Shown here: positions 1 through 13,013 of the stretch, in pieces
Numbering within the stretch: the stretch's first letter is position 1
How the letters are laid out: every line of letters begins with the position of its first letter
Assembly (NCBI GenBank): GCA_043228905.1
Contig: JBHGNT010000022.1
Coordinates: forward strand, 1,674,001 to 1,738,000
Length of the DNA stretch: 64,000 nucleotides
Source of the DNA: Azolla caroliniana
Taxonomy: Eukaryota > Plantae > Polypodiophyta
Direction: 5' to 3'
The notes under the pieces: model-generated
Told to the model about the DNA's origin: nothing
What the model saw: only the letters and a program-made list of their open reading frames with translations
The model's database searches: none
Made by a program: the position numbers and the translations under genes

Positions 1-1354
1 CCTTCTCTCTCTTTGATGAAAATAAAGAGAAACACCCAAAGTCATGGTATTGTATTGCAATTACACTTTCTTTCTCGCCTCTCTATGGTTCGTCGTCCCA
101 TGTGAAACGGAGCTTTCACTTTTACTCCTGCCCAGAGAAAAGACGGTTTCGGTCTCGGGATCTCACACTCGTTAACCCTCCTGCCTCAGAGCGCCCCCGG
201 GGAAGTTGGTCGAATTAAATGTCGCTTGATTTGCCTGTGACATCTTTTGTATGCCATTACCACCTGCCCCCTTCCAACCTTCCTCTGAATGACGCATGCT
301 TTGTGGAGTTCTCATGATGGCCTAGCTCGTGTCACCATCATGATCCCGAAGACTTCCTCAGACCATTCCATTGGAAAGAGCGACGGATAGTGTATACAAA
401 GGGCATGGGTGTAATCAAATATGTGTTCACAAGTTTCTAGTGACCAATGAAGATAAAGTAATTGCAATGATCTATAACCAATCATGATAAAACTTCCAAA
501 TCTTTGCTAGAACAATTTTTATTTTTTTTTCCATAAAAATTATCCTCCATTAGTATTAAGATTAAAGTAGCCAAAGGCAAGATACAAGATAATCTAACAT
601 TACAATGAATATTGTGCAGCCAATCTTTCTAGATAAAGATAAAGGCAAGATATAAGATAATATTGGTGAACTTCTCCCTAAGTAATATTGTTGCCCTACC
701 AACGTCCATATCACCAAGTAATGTTGATACCATGCCAAAGCCCCTAGCATCAATTCCATCGTATTCAACATGTAGTGATATATCTTCTTTCACAATGATT
801 CCTTGATCGCTGCTACATGTAAGAGTTCATCTTATCCAAATGATCTAGATGAACCTACCATATGAAAATATTGGTTCTCTACTCAATCCAATCTCCTCAG
901 ACCGTCATGAAAATTTGCTTCTACCTCCGCCACCATCTTCGCTCATCGTTGTATAAACTAAAAACAAATAAATGTGATTCAAAATATTTCCACATCAGCC
1001 ACCTCTCCATTTTCCATGAAATTCTTGTATAGACAACAACAACAAAAAAAATAGTTGTCCTCATCCACTCATGACATTTTGCTTCAACCCTCGACAACAT
1101 CCTCACTCATCCTTTCAAAAATTAGTAGTGATAAATCGCTAGAACAATTTATCTAGGAGATAAACTCTTTGAATTCATCAATGTATCGTACATACCAGGG
1201 CTCCAAACATCTACGAGCTTCGCAGATTTGGCATATGTTTTTGGCAATGAGTTAATGGAAAATGAAGCGATAATTGGAACACTTTCACAAGGCACCAATT
1301 TCAAAATCGTCATGGGAAGGGAATAGACACAAAAAATTCAGGATTTACTATGGC

Positions 1355-1725
1355 AAGCTTACCATGGAGAACATGTGTTTATTTCGTGTTAGATGTTTAA
1401 TACTGACAAACTAACAAACCAATAAACAAACATGCATAGTTTTTAGATGTAAAATATCCTAAATGTAATATATATTGTTGTTGTTGGTCATAACATCTTG
1501 AATTGACAAAGCAAGCACCATGGAGAACATGTGCTTTTTCATGTTAAAAATAACTGCCACATAACAAGCACCATGGAGACCATGTTTCATTTCACGTTTC
1601 TCGCATACACGATACATACTTTTCTAGATCTAGTCAATGTGGAATGTAATATTCTGCCTGTGGTGATATGTATTTCGAGCATGGACATGGGAAAGACCAT
1701 GGAGAACACGAGTTGTTTCAAAGTA
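1355..1725. repeat. Four dispersed copies of an ACCATGGAGAACATG(TG)-like motif
   Basis: Motif seen at ~1361, ~1517, ~1570 and ~1697, three preceded by CAAGC; irregular spacing. Confidence 0.6.
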
Positions 1726-2051
1726 GAGTTTCACATGCACCACACATTGTTTTTTATGCTTAGTGTCTTCTCTATCAACCGTGTTGCATATCTCCCTTAC
1801 CCTGTGATCCTAGCATGGAGACAATTCATAAATTTCCTCAATATAAATTTTCGCATGTGCGTCTTAAGCATCTTATTAGGATGAACAAAATTCTTCATCA
1901 AAATGTGGATCCTCATACACAAATCTATGGCACTATATAAAGGGAAGGATGGAATCATACAATCTATGTGGGAACTATCAAATATTTGTAGATTGATTGG
2001 GTTACATAGGCTTTTATCAAGATTTCTAACTTTGTAGTGCCTCTGGAGCAC

Positions 2052-2152
2052 ATCATATACACAAACTCATATGTGAGAAGGAATCAAAAGTGTTGTGGTC
2101 ATCTTATACACAAACTCATGTGTGAGAAGAGATCAAAGTGTTGTTGTGGTGG
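2052..2152. repeat. Imperfect tandem duplication of a ~50 bp unit
   Basis: TATACACAAACTCAT(A/G)TGTGAGAAG..ATCAAA(A)GTGTTGT occurs twice in succession. Confidence 0.7.
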
Positions 2153-5100
2153 TGCGAAATCACATTAATCCACACTAATGCACCATTTGACGAAGTCATA
2201 GGATGGTGAGCTCATACCATTTTGGGAATCCTAAAAATGCACCCACAAGATGCTTGACTACCTTAGCTACATATGAAAGAAAGGTTGCATGTAGTAGGGA
2301 TAAATCCATGCATGGTTAGAGTTTGAAGGTATGCTCTTTCTGGAATCATATTGGACATGATTGATATTCACGAATAAAAACTTTCGATTTTGTCCAAACT
2401 AACTTAGGATCCAATAACCATTAGTTTGACTTTGTACTATGATTCCTATGCTCATTCTTAATACTAAATATTAAGTGCAACACCTAATAATTGAAATGCA
2501 TCCTTGATGTACAACGCATATTTGTTGTTGCACTATATTGTAGTATAGTTATTTGAATATTGTCATTCATAGAAAGATGCGTTTAATGTTTTCTTTAATA
2601 CAATTGGATGTAAACTACAATTTGGTTATTATACTTAGCCTTAGTAATACTTTAAAATGTCAAAACATTCAACGAGTACCATAAAATGCTAAAGTATTCG
2701 ATGTTTGGAAACTTAGAAATGCCTTAAAGCACAACAATCGCTTGAAGCTATCTGGCTAAGAAAAGCACCAAATGAAATCAAAAGTCTTAGACAATTATCT
2801 CTTATTCTACCAAAACATCTCTCAAATTAGTTACGGAACCATGTAGTTTTCTAGAAAGCTAACATTGTCAACATAGGCCAAAACATGCATGTGGCCTTGA
2901 TAAAGTTCTTTCTCTTTGTAGAGAAAAAGCTTGAGTGAAAAGTATAAGTAGAGATATGGACTTGGATTTCATCATGTATATAACCTTTAAATTTCTCTTA
3001 AATTTTCTTCTAAGATCTAACTTGATGGGAAACGCTACTAATTGTCCATATAAGAGACATACGTAGCCTGCATCGTCAAAGTTGAAAGGCTTCCATTTCG
3101 AACCACAATTTTTCACTGTGATTTGCGTAGCCTTCTCATAAGTGCTTTTTGTCCTTGGAACCACTTTCTCATTTTTATGTCATTCCAAAGGATAACACTA
3201 GGTGCTTTGGTAAAAAATAATCACGAATGTGCTACAAAAATATTTACCATAATATACGTGCAAGATCTACACATGATTTCGTTCTTAGCCGTACTAAAGA
3301 CACCTTTGTCTCAGATGCACTATTAACTTTTTTGAGATGGTTCAGCGAATTAAAGAATGAAGGAAAAAGTATGACGTTAGGAATAATGTGTTTAGATGAA
3401 GACAAGACGATGTATCAAGCAATACTATCCATAGCTTTTGATATCAAAACCACTTTTCAACATCAAGTTAATAGGCATTGTGCAACCTCTAGACACTCTC
3501 CCATTATTAGAATCTCACAATTCCTTGAATGTCCAAGTGTTGGTTTCCCATTATCCATACTATCTTTACAACTGTTTAGAGATTCAACCGTGGAAGATGG
3601 TCAAAATGGAAAAACATAACCTAGAAACTCATTATTATCCCCATGATAATGAATCATTGCAGACTTTGGCATATACATCAAAGTTGTTATATTATGTTGC
3701 AAAGTCTCATTAATCGATTCAATCAATACATATTTAATGTTGGGTTTATGTGTTGCCATACAAATGGTTCTAATCCTTTGAATAGTTATGACTGTTTATA
3801 ATTGTTAATTTCCACTTTGTACATTCTAGATTTCACCCTTCTATTTAGCGAAGAACATGAATTCATTTATAAACAACCTTTCACTTTTTTGCAGCTTGTA
3901 TGTTGTGGTATGCTACTTCTTATGTTCATGGATCTTTCTTGGACCTTTGGATCATTACACTATTTTATAACCTTTACTTTGTGTATTTTTTACTCCAAGA
4001 TTCCTTCTAACAACTAGGCTCTTAGTTTCATTCACTTATTCCAATAAGTGCCGTAATTTTTCGGGCAAACACAACCAATCTTCAATAGAATCAATTTACT
4101 TTGTAATCATTGTCAATGATCCATCACTCTTCGATATTTGCATATTATTCTCAAGGTACATCCAAAACCATCTTTGTAGAGGTGGTCTTGTTTTCCACAA
4201 TCACCTTTGTAATGGGGCCTTTGACGGGTGTGGGAATGGGCATCAAGTACGGATTTGGAGGTCAATCTTGTTATGACATTTATGAATTTGACTGATGAAC
4301 ATTCTTACAACATACATATACAGATTCTGTAGGTAATGCACGAATGTTGTTGGAGGTGCCTACCTATAAATGAACATCGCGATTCGCACACTCAAATAGC
4401 CTAAATGGATAGGCATATCTTACAACTTGCAAATCATGACATGTGAGGTGTTGTTGTCTATTCACATGACACAAATGGTACCATCTTATATTTGATACAA
4501 AGTATGGAGTGCATGTTATTAGATTTTAAGGTTTTTTGCTAATCTTGAAGAGGTGGCAAATGGGACAAATTCTATGATGTGTACCCTAGTTTTTACTAGC
4601 AAAATTAATCTCTAGCAAATAGTATATCTTGTGGTTTTGCCAATAGTAGACTAAATCATCAATATGGTGACCAAAGCTGAATAGTCATATTGATTTTTAA
4701 ATCATTTGGACGAGCTAGGATGGTTTATTGGAGAAATCATGGTTGGAAGTTTAGAAATAAGGAGCATCCTAGTAAAGCATACCATGTGAGAATGTGCAAG
4801 GGAAATTACATGAATGATACAAACGCAAATCCCGACTTGTCGTTACTTTTCATATGTCTATCACTTTTTAGCCTCGGGCTACGGAAAACATTAACTCGTA
4901 AAAGCATTTTTGAGTGAAAATAAATCTTAGTTAAGTGTGATAAACTTATAAAGACAACAAAGTCATGATATGATGTTGCTTGGCTTATACGTCGAGATCA
5001 AAATCAAAATATGAATGGCTTTTCAAATACAAAATTTAGATTGTGTTAGCGTACTTGAAGGCATGGACCATTCCGTGTACAAGATTGCATCTTTTTATGA

Positions 5101-5899
5101 GTAACGCATCCACATCCCAAAATATTTATTTGTAATTGTTTAAGCTAAGTTGTCGAGGCATCAAGCACATGTCTCCTCGCCCCATCCACAAACTTTCAAT
5201 TGTTGGGTAGCTTGATGCAAAATTGATTATCACATAACAAAGTCCAAAGTCCGTGTTGGAATAGTAAATAAGTTAAATACCTTGAGCATTGATTTAATCC
5301 AAATGCCTTCTTTAGCTATTAGAGCTAGAACTACATATATAACTTCCATGAATGATATTGCTACAAGAGATTGCTTCTTCGACTTCCAAGAAATCGTAAG
5401 CCCAACTAGTGTGTAGACATAGCCACATATTCACTAATTTGTGTCTGACAAATTTTCAATCGTAAATTTTTGTGTGTTGTATCATGACGACGACATGGGT
5501 TGTGCCATTATTGTAGAGGGTTGTCCCCATCAGCACTTGCCAAACACAAACTTGACTTATGTTATTTGCTGATTTTCGACATTATGACTTTTGTTGTTTT
5601 GATAAATGCATAAACTATTGAATTGTGATAAGGGCATAAACAGGGCATACATTTTGGAATGTAAGAAAGGCATAGGTTTATAGGTTATCGAATTACGTTA
5701 AGACCCATGTAGGAAAAGAGAGAGATAGAGAGAAGAGTAAGAGATAGAAAGAAGTGAGAAAAGAGAAGAAAGTGAGGAAAAACACTTTTATTATGATCAA
5801 AGCCATGTTGTTTTACAATGGGTGCTGAACCGTGTTGGCTTTATAGAAGACCTTTCATTACAATGGGGGGGTGTTGGCTTTATAGTAGAAAGAAAGTAA

Positions 5900-5935
5900 C
5901 TATTATTATTGTTATTATTATTATTATTATTATTT
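5900..5935. repeat. (ATT)n microsatellite
   Basis: Direct reading. Confidence 0.9.
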
Positions 5936-6739
5936 CGCTTATTATATATAAACATTTATTTATTAGTTTTTGCACGTATCGAAGCATAGAAGTTTGGCCC
6001 CAGAAGAAACATCGTAGTTTTGTAGAAATCGTCGTGAAGTCTACTCTAGTCGATGTGTTTCTCGAATTCATCTGACACGGTCAGTGTTGGTTTTTTGCTC
6101 GCTTGTTTTAACCATCCACGGCTTAATGACTCGGTAAGAATTCAAAACCCCCATTTAGAAAAGGAAACTTCTAAGATTACATGAAAAATGTCGAATGATT
6201 GTGTCGAGGTGGGCAATGACTCATTCCATGGCACTAAACAAACTCATATGGACATGAAAGTAAACACTTAGGTGATTGTAATGAGTGCATGTAGGTGGCA
6301 TTGACTTTGTTCCTTGACTTCAAGCCAACAGAAATGGATACGATTTACTAGTAATCTGGTGACCATGTTCCCAAAGTTCTTTGAATGACCTCCCAAGGAA
6401 GTTTCTCGAACATTAGTTTCTACTAAAACTTTGTGGTATTTTGTTTAATTCAAAGAGATCAAACGGCAGCAAAACATAATCATATCGATGAATTCTTAGA
6501 TTTCATTCTTTCGCTTCTACTTCTCTGGTGTGAACGCCCCAATGTGTGAAGTCAATTGAATGTACAACCCTTGACCAATCAAAAGGTCTCTTGACAGGAG
6601 ACTAATTCTTGGACGATTGTGGCATTCAACACACACTACTAGCAAAGGCACACACATATAAATAGTTGGTTCCATTTGTTATCACCTTAAATTGTAAAGA
6701 ACAAGAAATCAAGAACAAAAACCAAGTTAAAAGCTTCAC

Positions 6740-6978
6740 CACACATACAAACACAAACACATACACATTCAGGTACACATATAGGTACATATACATATAC
6801 ACATAAAGGTACATATACATACAGGTACACATATAGGTACATATACATATACATAATATACATATACACATACACATAGAGGTACATATACATATACATA
6901 TACATACACATATACATACACCCAGACGCACACATACACGTACACGTACATACATACATACATACATACAACATACAA
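6740..6978. repeat. Compound (TACA/TATACA/GGTACA)n low-complexity repeat directly upstream of gene 1
   Basis: Direct reading; source of the spurious V/Y/C/M-rich minus-strand ORFs. Confidence 0.9.
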
Positions 6979-6990
6979 ATCTTGGCCGTT

Positions 6991-8259
6991 ATGAACGCCG
7001 CCGCCGCCATCTCTTCCGCCACCGCCTCCGCCGCCACTAACCGTCACTCATCGCTGTCTGCCACTTCAGCTCCTCTTCCTGCTCGTCATAACAGCAGCAA
7101 CTACACCTCCATGAGAGACCACCCCCTTCCCTTCTTGGAAGCCCAGCGCGCCCTCCTCCTCCTCCACCGCCGCCGCCCTGAACCCGCCGCCGACGAGACC
7201 TTCCTAGAGGCGGAGCTCCGCCTCCTCGCCGCCGCCGCCTCCGACCGAGCCGAGATGCACGCCATCCTTGCCACCCAGCGCGACAACTGGAACAAGCTCT
7301 TCCAGCCCACCCTCACCGCCGCCACCATGACCGCCACCCTCTTGGCCGCCATTAATAGCGCGATGGCCACCTCCGGAGGAGCCGCTTCCGCAGATCTCCA
7401 TAGCCTCGCCGTCCCAGCGGCGCTTCTCAACGCCGGCGCCGCCGTTATGATGTCTGTCATAAACCAATTCCAGCCGTCGCAGCTTGCAGAGGAGCAGCGA
7501 TCCGCCGCTCGCCTCTTCAAGAAGCTGGTGAGCGAGATCGAGTACGCTCTCCAAGTGGGGCCGAATCTACGCCAGCCATTTGCGGTTCTGCTGCGGGACT
7601 GCCGCCGCCGCCTGGAAGCGCTGGACAAATCCTTCCCCATGCCGCTCACGCCGGGTGGTCTCGAGAAATTCCCGTCCCAAATACGGCCCCCCATGCTCAT
7701 CGCCCCGCTAGCTCTGCCGGCGGAGGAGCCAGCAGCCATGGAGGAGGAGGAGCAGCCCAATTCATCAGTCTGGAGCTCCGAACTGGAGGCGGAGCTCCAG
7801 GGCATCGCCGGCCTCGTGGGGGGCCAAGAGGCCGGGACCTACACAGGGTGGGCGCAAAACGTGGTGAAGATCAACAAAGGGCTGGCCATAGCTGGGCCCA
7901 TGTTGGCAGGGGCGGCGGCGCTCCTCAACACGGTGGTCGTTGGGGGTGGCGCCGCCGCCGCCGCCGCCGGTGTTGGCCATGGCCATTTGGCGGTGATGGC
8001 GGCAATGTGTAGCGCTGTTGCGGCCTTCGTGGGTAGCTTGTCCAATGATATGCAGCTAGGAATGGTGGTGGAGCTATACCGGAACGCGGCCGGGCACTAC
8101 ACGAACGTGGAGACTTCGATCCGAGAAATCCTAAGCACTCCCGTGGCAGAACGAGGCCATGCAACTTTGTTCCGGCAACGCGTCGGGTATGAGACCGGAC
8201 ATTTCCCGGCCGACGCCGCCCAACAATTGTGCCATGATCACCCGGATGATTGCCAATAA
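6991..8259 (+). CDS. At4g22030-like / PF14476 (petal formation-expressed, Chloroplast_duf) family protein, paralogue 1; intronless
   Basis: Family motifs DRAEMH..L..QRDNWNKL, INQFQPSQLAEEQR.AARLF, ALDK.FPMPL....LEKFP, INK.LAIAGP.L, Q.GMV.ELYRN.AG, LFRQRV; first ATG at 6991 (the ORF track starts at a TTG); GC-rich island. Confidence 0.9.
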   Translation: MNAAAAISSATASAATNRHSSLSATSAPLPARHNSSNYTSMRDHPLPFLEAQRALLLLHRRRPEPAADETFLEAELRLLAAAASDRAEMHAILATQRDNWNKLFQPTLTAATMTATLLAAINSAMATSGGAASADLHSLAVPAALLNAGAAVMMSVINQFQPSQLAEEQRSAARLFKKLVSEIEYALQVGPNLRQPFAVLLRDCRRRLEALDKSFPMPLTPGGLEKFPSQIRPPMLIAPLALPAEEPAAMEEEEQPNSSVWSSELEAELQGIAGLVGGQEAGTYTGWAQNVVKINKGLAIAGPMLAGAAALLNTVVVGGGAAAAAAGVGHGHLAVMAAMCSAVAAFVGSLSNDMQLGMVVELYRNAAGHYTNVETSIREILSTPVAERGHATLFRQRVGYETGHFPADAAQQLCHDHPDDCQ

Positions 8260-8336
8260 TCTAACCTTGCCGTCTTTCCACATTGCGATTTCTGGCCATG
8301 TTTGGACAGACGAGCGAACGACCCCATATGGCCAAA

Positions 8337-8508
8337 TGAAGGAGGTGTTCCACGAGGAACTCCCCACACTTTTGGTTCGACCATTACAATTGAATGAAAT
8401 GATGTCCCACTACGAAAAACACCCGAGATTGAAGGAAATGATGTCCCACGAGGAACATCACGAGTGATTGAATGAAATGATATCCCACGAGGAACATCAC
8501 ACGTGATC
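8337..8508 (+). repeat. 39-bp tandem repeat (3 clear copies plus 1 degenerate) downstream of gene 1
   Basis: TGAA(T/G)GAAATGAT(G/A)TCCCAC units at 8391, 8430 and 8469; degenerate unit at 8337. Confidence 0.85.
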
Positions 8509-11500
8509 GAACCATTGACACGGATTGACGATATTGACATTGGTACTGACCCAAACCCTACGAACTATAGCCATGGAAAATGAAACAGTACCTAAAGAAG
8601 TTCCAAGTTAAACCCTAAATTCTCATCATTATCAGGGTTTATGAATCTCAAACGCCATATTCACCTTTCGTTTCCTTACACTTCAACATATAAGACACGT
8701 TGTATGAGGCTCCATTGTTCCGTCGACACAAAGTCAATGATGGTACCAACAACCTACTAGGTCCATTCAATCGAAAAATGTACATATGGCATATCATGTG
8801 AACTCACAATGCGATACCCTATATGAAAAACCACAAATGTTCTCGCCACAAGCGTTTCTCATAGTAATTCATGACACATATGACTCTATTCCTTTGCAAT
8901 GAAAATGGTAATGCGCTCATGGAAGTGTTCCAACACATCGGATCGTATCTCTTCCTTTTGAATAGATACTCACAAGGTCGGAATTTCAAAATGATTTGGA
9001 TTGGGGCTTGGAAATATGGTGTCACAAGAATTCTCTTTACTCTTCAACCAAAGTTTGAATTGAGTTAGAACCAAGGTTTTGACCTTTCTTTCAATGGTGA
9101 ACAACAACAAAAACTATATATGCATATAGTCAAATGTTGTGGCTCCGAATCATGAAATGATTAGTTGATTGAAACAAATGCGACACTTTCTTATAACGAG
9201 AATGTTGTAATACTTTGTCTCTCAAAATTAACAAGTTAAAAGAAAAGAAATCAACAACGAAAATATGGACAATGGTTTGAAAAGTTGAATCAAGGTTAAA
9301 AGGATGGCAAATATATAACGATAAGGCTACGTGGGATAGATTATGGTTATAAGAGAACTTCAATACAATACATTACCTTTTTCTCTCATGGGCCAAAAGA
9401 TGTTAATATGTCTTTCTCTCTCTCTCTCTCTCTTGTATCTCTGAAATGCAACATTTTTTTTATTGCATCCCTAAACATTTTTGACATTTTTGACATTTTC
9501 TATTTTTCTTGCATGTAATATTGATAATGGGATCTACAAATATACATGAGAGGATTGATGTGTTTTATACTTCTGCAAGCTATCCATTTGAAGAGCCCGA
9601 CCCAAGGAAGAAGTCTCCCACGTTACCAACGATAGGACTTTGATTGGATGGAGGTATTTGATAATGCCAAGCAAGCATATAAGCAATAACTAAAGTGGCA
9701 ACTTTGTACCCAACCAATAAAATTGATGATCATGGAGATAATCCTTCAACAATATATTCATCATCGATCAATGTATGCCTACACATTATGTAATGTTTTT
9801 GTTAATTTAAAAATAATCTTGGAACTTACATCAATCTACAAATGGTGAATCTACTCAAAGGAATTTAAATAAAATGAACCCAAATCAATGCTTCTTAGAA
9901 TTATTTTGTAAAAATTGGCGGAAATGTGGGGATGATTCAAAATGGATTGTTTTATAATATTAAACATTGAAAAACCTTATAAACTTGGGTGATGCTTATC
10001 TTGCATCATCTAATTTACAATTTCTTCGAAAAGGACAATGAAGATTCTTTCATTGCCGTCATAGCCCCCACTACCCTTGATTAGATGCCTTCCACGAATC
10101 CACAAGGATAATTATACATGAGCAACATGTCATCTTACATCAAGGGTGGAATGGTTCAAAGGTTACATGCCATTAGAAAATTCCTTTGAGGTGGGATTCA
10201 ATAGCAATAGTGTTGAGTATGACCTTCGACATGGTACAACCCATATCAATTGGATCACAATTTTATTTGAGGCGGGATTCATATATTGAATGCAACAAAA
10301 AGAACATAATATTTGTGGCCGACCTTGTGAATAAAAATACTTTTATTAAATTCTATTATAATTATGGCAACATCCTCTCATAAACGTTATTCGATTAGTT
10401 GTCCATGATAATGACAATTTTACCTACTTGGCCATCTTGTGATACTTTCTCAAAAACAATATCACATGAACAAAATGAAACAATATTCCAATATTTCTCA
10501 GTGGGTTCCATCCATTTGCTTATAACCTAAACAAGTAGCTAACCTAGTGTTGGATGTCTAACTTCGATCACTACCTTCACCATCGTTGGTCAAACCACAC
10601 ATTCTCCCTTTGGATAGTGACGATTGGCCCTTCCACACATGTGCCAACCAAACCACCACTATAAAAGTGAACACCATACATACTCCAATCATCAAAATCA
10701 ATAATATTTGAAATGTGAAGGGTTCTAGTTGCCACAAAATATGACTTGAGACATTATGTACTCAAGTGAACTATGTTTATTGGCTCCGTGGATCTCTCTA
10801 TGGTCTTATATAATTCAAATCTCTTCAATTATGGTTTCAGAAGTAAACAAAATTATGCTCTCTCATGGTTACTCTAGGTTGTTAATTGAACCAAAACCTT
10901 ACATTAAACTTAACCATGCATCCAGAAAATTGCTAGTAGTAACGTCACATATGGATGGGGGACACCCCTATCATGGGAACATAATTTGAAATCACCCAAT
11001 CAATTTTGGAACTCTCTGAGGCTTTCTCTATAATAGATTTAGTGCAAATTAAGCACAATCTCAATCTAGATACTCTTAGCATTCATTAAATTATTTCTTT
11101 CTAAAATAAGTTGGCATGCTTGAAATCAATAGATGCTAACTTTATAGCATAGTATTGGTTGCTAAAGGATTATGGTTGCAAACTCTATTTCAAGAACTTC
11201 AACTATGCAAGCTAGCCTACATGTAGATGTTCTGTGACAATATTTAGTGTATCTAGTTGGCCAAAATCTGAATCGCTAGGAGAAAATAATACACTTGGAG
11301 TAGAAATATCATTTCTTAAGAGAGTTGACTAAAAATAAGAACTTCTACTCGAGTATGCATCTACAAATAAATGTCGGCTGATTTATTAATAAAAGTTTGA
11401 CCAACATACAAGTTTGTCTCGTGTTATGAAAACTTAGTTCTACATAGATTACAAATTAATTATTTTATAATGTGAACTAGCGTTTGAAAAGATGCACCCC

Positions 11501-12757
11501 AATGAAAAGGGGAGCAACTATATATGTAACCCATAAGGCTAAATGGAAGATCATGATTGTAGGAAAACTTTCGTACAAATATATAATTGATGCTATGCCT
11601 TTCTATACTACTATGCAAGTGTCCTATGAATTTCCAAACACTAGCGTTTTGAATAACCTACAGATGGGCATGTGGCTCTATTTGAATTACACAAGCTACT
11701 ATGTAGGCATCGACCCAAGATATATTATTCATAGCACTAGAGAAATGAGAATTTGATCAAAGCAAAATGGTGAATGCAAACCGCCATATTTCATAGTTTC
11801 AACTAGCAAAGTCCATTGTTTAAAATTTAGACATTACAAAGTCACCATTACATGAGATGGTCGGATCCACAAACATTTCATACTTGGTCAAATTTGAAAT
11901 AAGAATGTACAACATATCTTTTTTTTATATGATCATGCCATGTTAAAAAATGTGATGTAACTTATGTGCATTTTGGTTCTTATTATGGGATTGTCATGAT
12001 CCATGAGCCATGGGGAGTACCATGCAAAAAATGCAGTATGCAAAAAATGCAGTATAGTCCATATACATGGAAAGATATTTAAATAATTGCTGAAAAGCTT
12101 GGGGCAAGTTTATGACGAATGAGTAACCCATTACATCAACATGGTAAATTTATATGCCTCTTTACATCAAGGTGACATGTTCATATTGATGCGTCGACTA
12201 TGATAAGGCATGTATGACACAAACAATCGAAATAACTACCATCACAAGAACTAAAGGCTCAAATTGTCTAATGTGGTCATTTGATAACTTAATTTGTCGC
12301 TTAATGCTTATTATGGTCATTTTCTTGTCTAATGCTTAAATATCCAAGTTTGACATCAATTCTATAAACGCTAATGGTCAATGTCCATAGTTGTATGTGG
12401 CATGTTTTTGGACATAAAAACACAAGTATATCTCACTTTGCTATAAAGAGCAAGATCCATTGCATCTATTAAGTATTTATGGTGTATGGTGAGCCTCAAG
12501 TATGAACTGGCACATGTTTGTCCAGGCCAGATATACCCAACCATAGTTAAGAACGAAATATTCGGGAATGAATTCGTACACGAGGAAACGAACACGTCCC
12601 CATGGTGTCACACATGATGGTTTTACTTTTGAACATAGAATAGAATAGAATGGAATATATAAGATTGATGATGGATTATGACTTGGCTGTGAATAGTAGA
12701 GAGTATACCCTTGACTCATTCCAAGTCAAAAGCCATCCACTCTTTTATGCACAATCA

Positions 12758-13010
12758 AGAAGAAGAAGAAGAAGAAGAAGAAGACATATATATATGTAGT
12801 ACCAAGGAGAGTGTTCTCTACACATACATAAAAGAAGAGGAGAAGTACAGACAAAAGCAAAAGGCAAAGAACAAAAAGCAAAAAACCATTGTGTTCATCC
12901 TCTTCCATCCAAATTCAGCTTTCCTTTGACGCTTGTGTTCTCTACACATAATAAGAGGAAATCAGAAAGCATTGTGTTCATCCCTTCCTTCACCCAAAAT
13001 TCAGCCTCTT
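12758..13010 (+). repeat. (GAA)n microsatellite followed by an imperfect duplication in the 5' leader of gene 2
   Basis: GTGTTCTCTACACATA at 12811 and 12935; CATTGTGTTCATCC...AAATTCAGC at ~12887 and ~12970. Confidence 0.75.
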
Positions 13011-13013
13011 GTT

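Noticed and set aside
300-5800. Short AT-rich ORFs and possible old TE remnants
   Set aside because: No recognisable domain, termini or TSD by eye
6626-7047. Minus-strand ORFs rich in V/Y/C/M
   Set aside because: Translations of the TACA/TATACA microsatellite
8560-12600. Possible decayed transposase between the two paralogues
   Set aside because: Some stretches look like eroded coding DNA, but no catalytic motif or terminal repeat could be supported without a search
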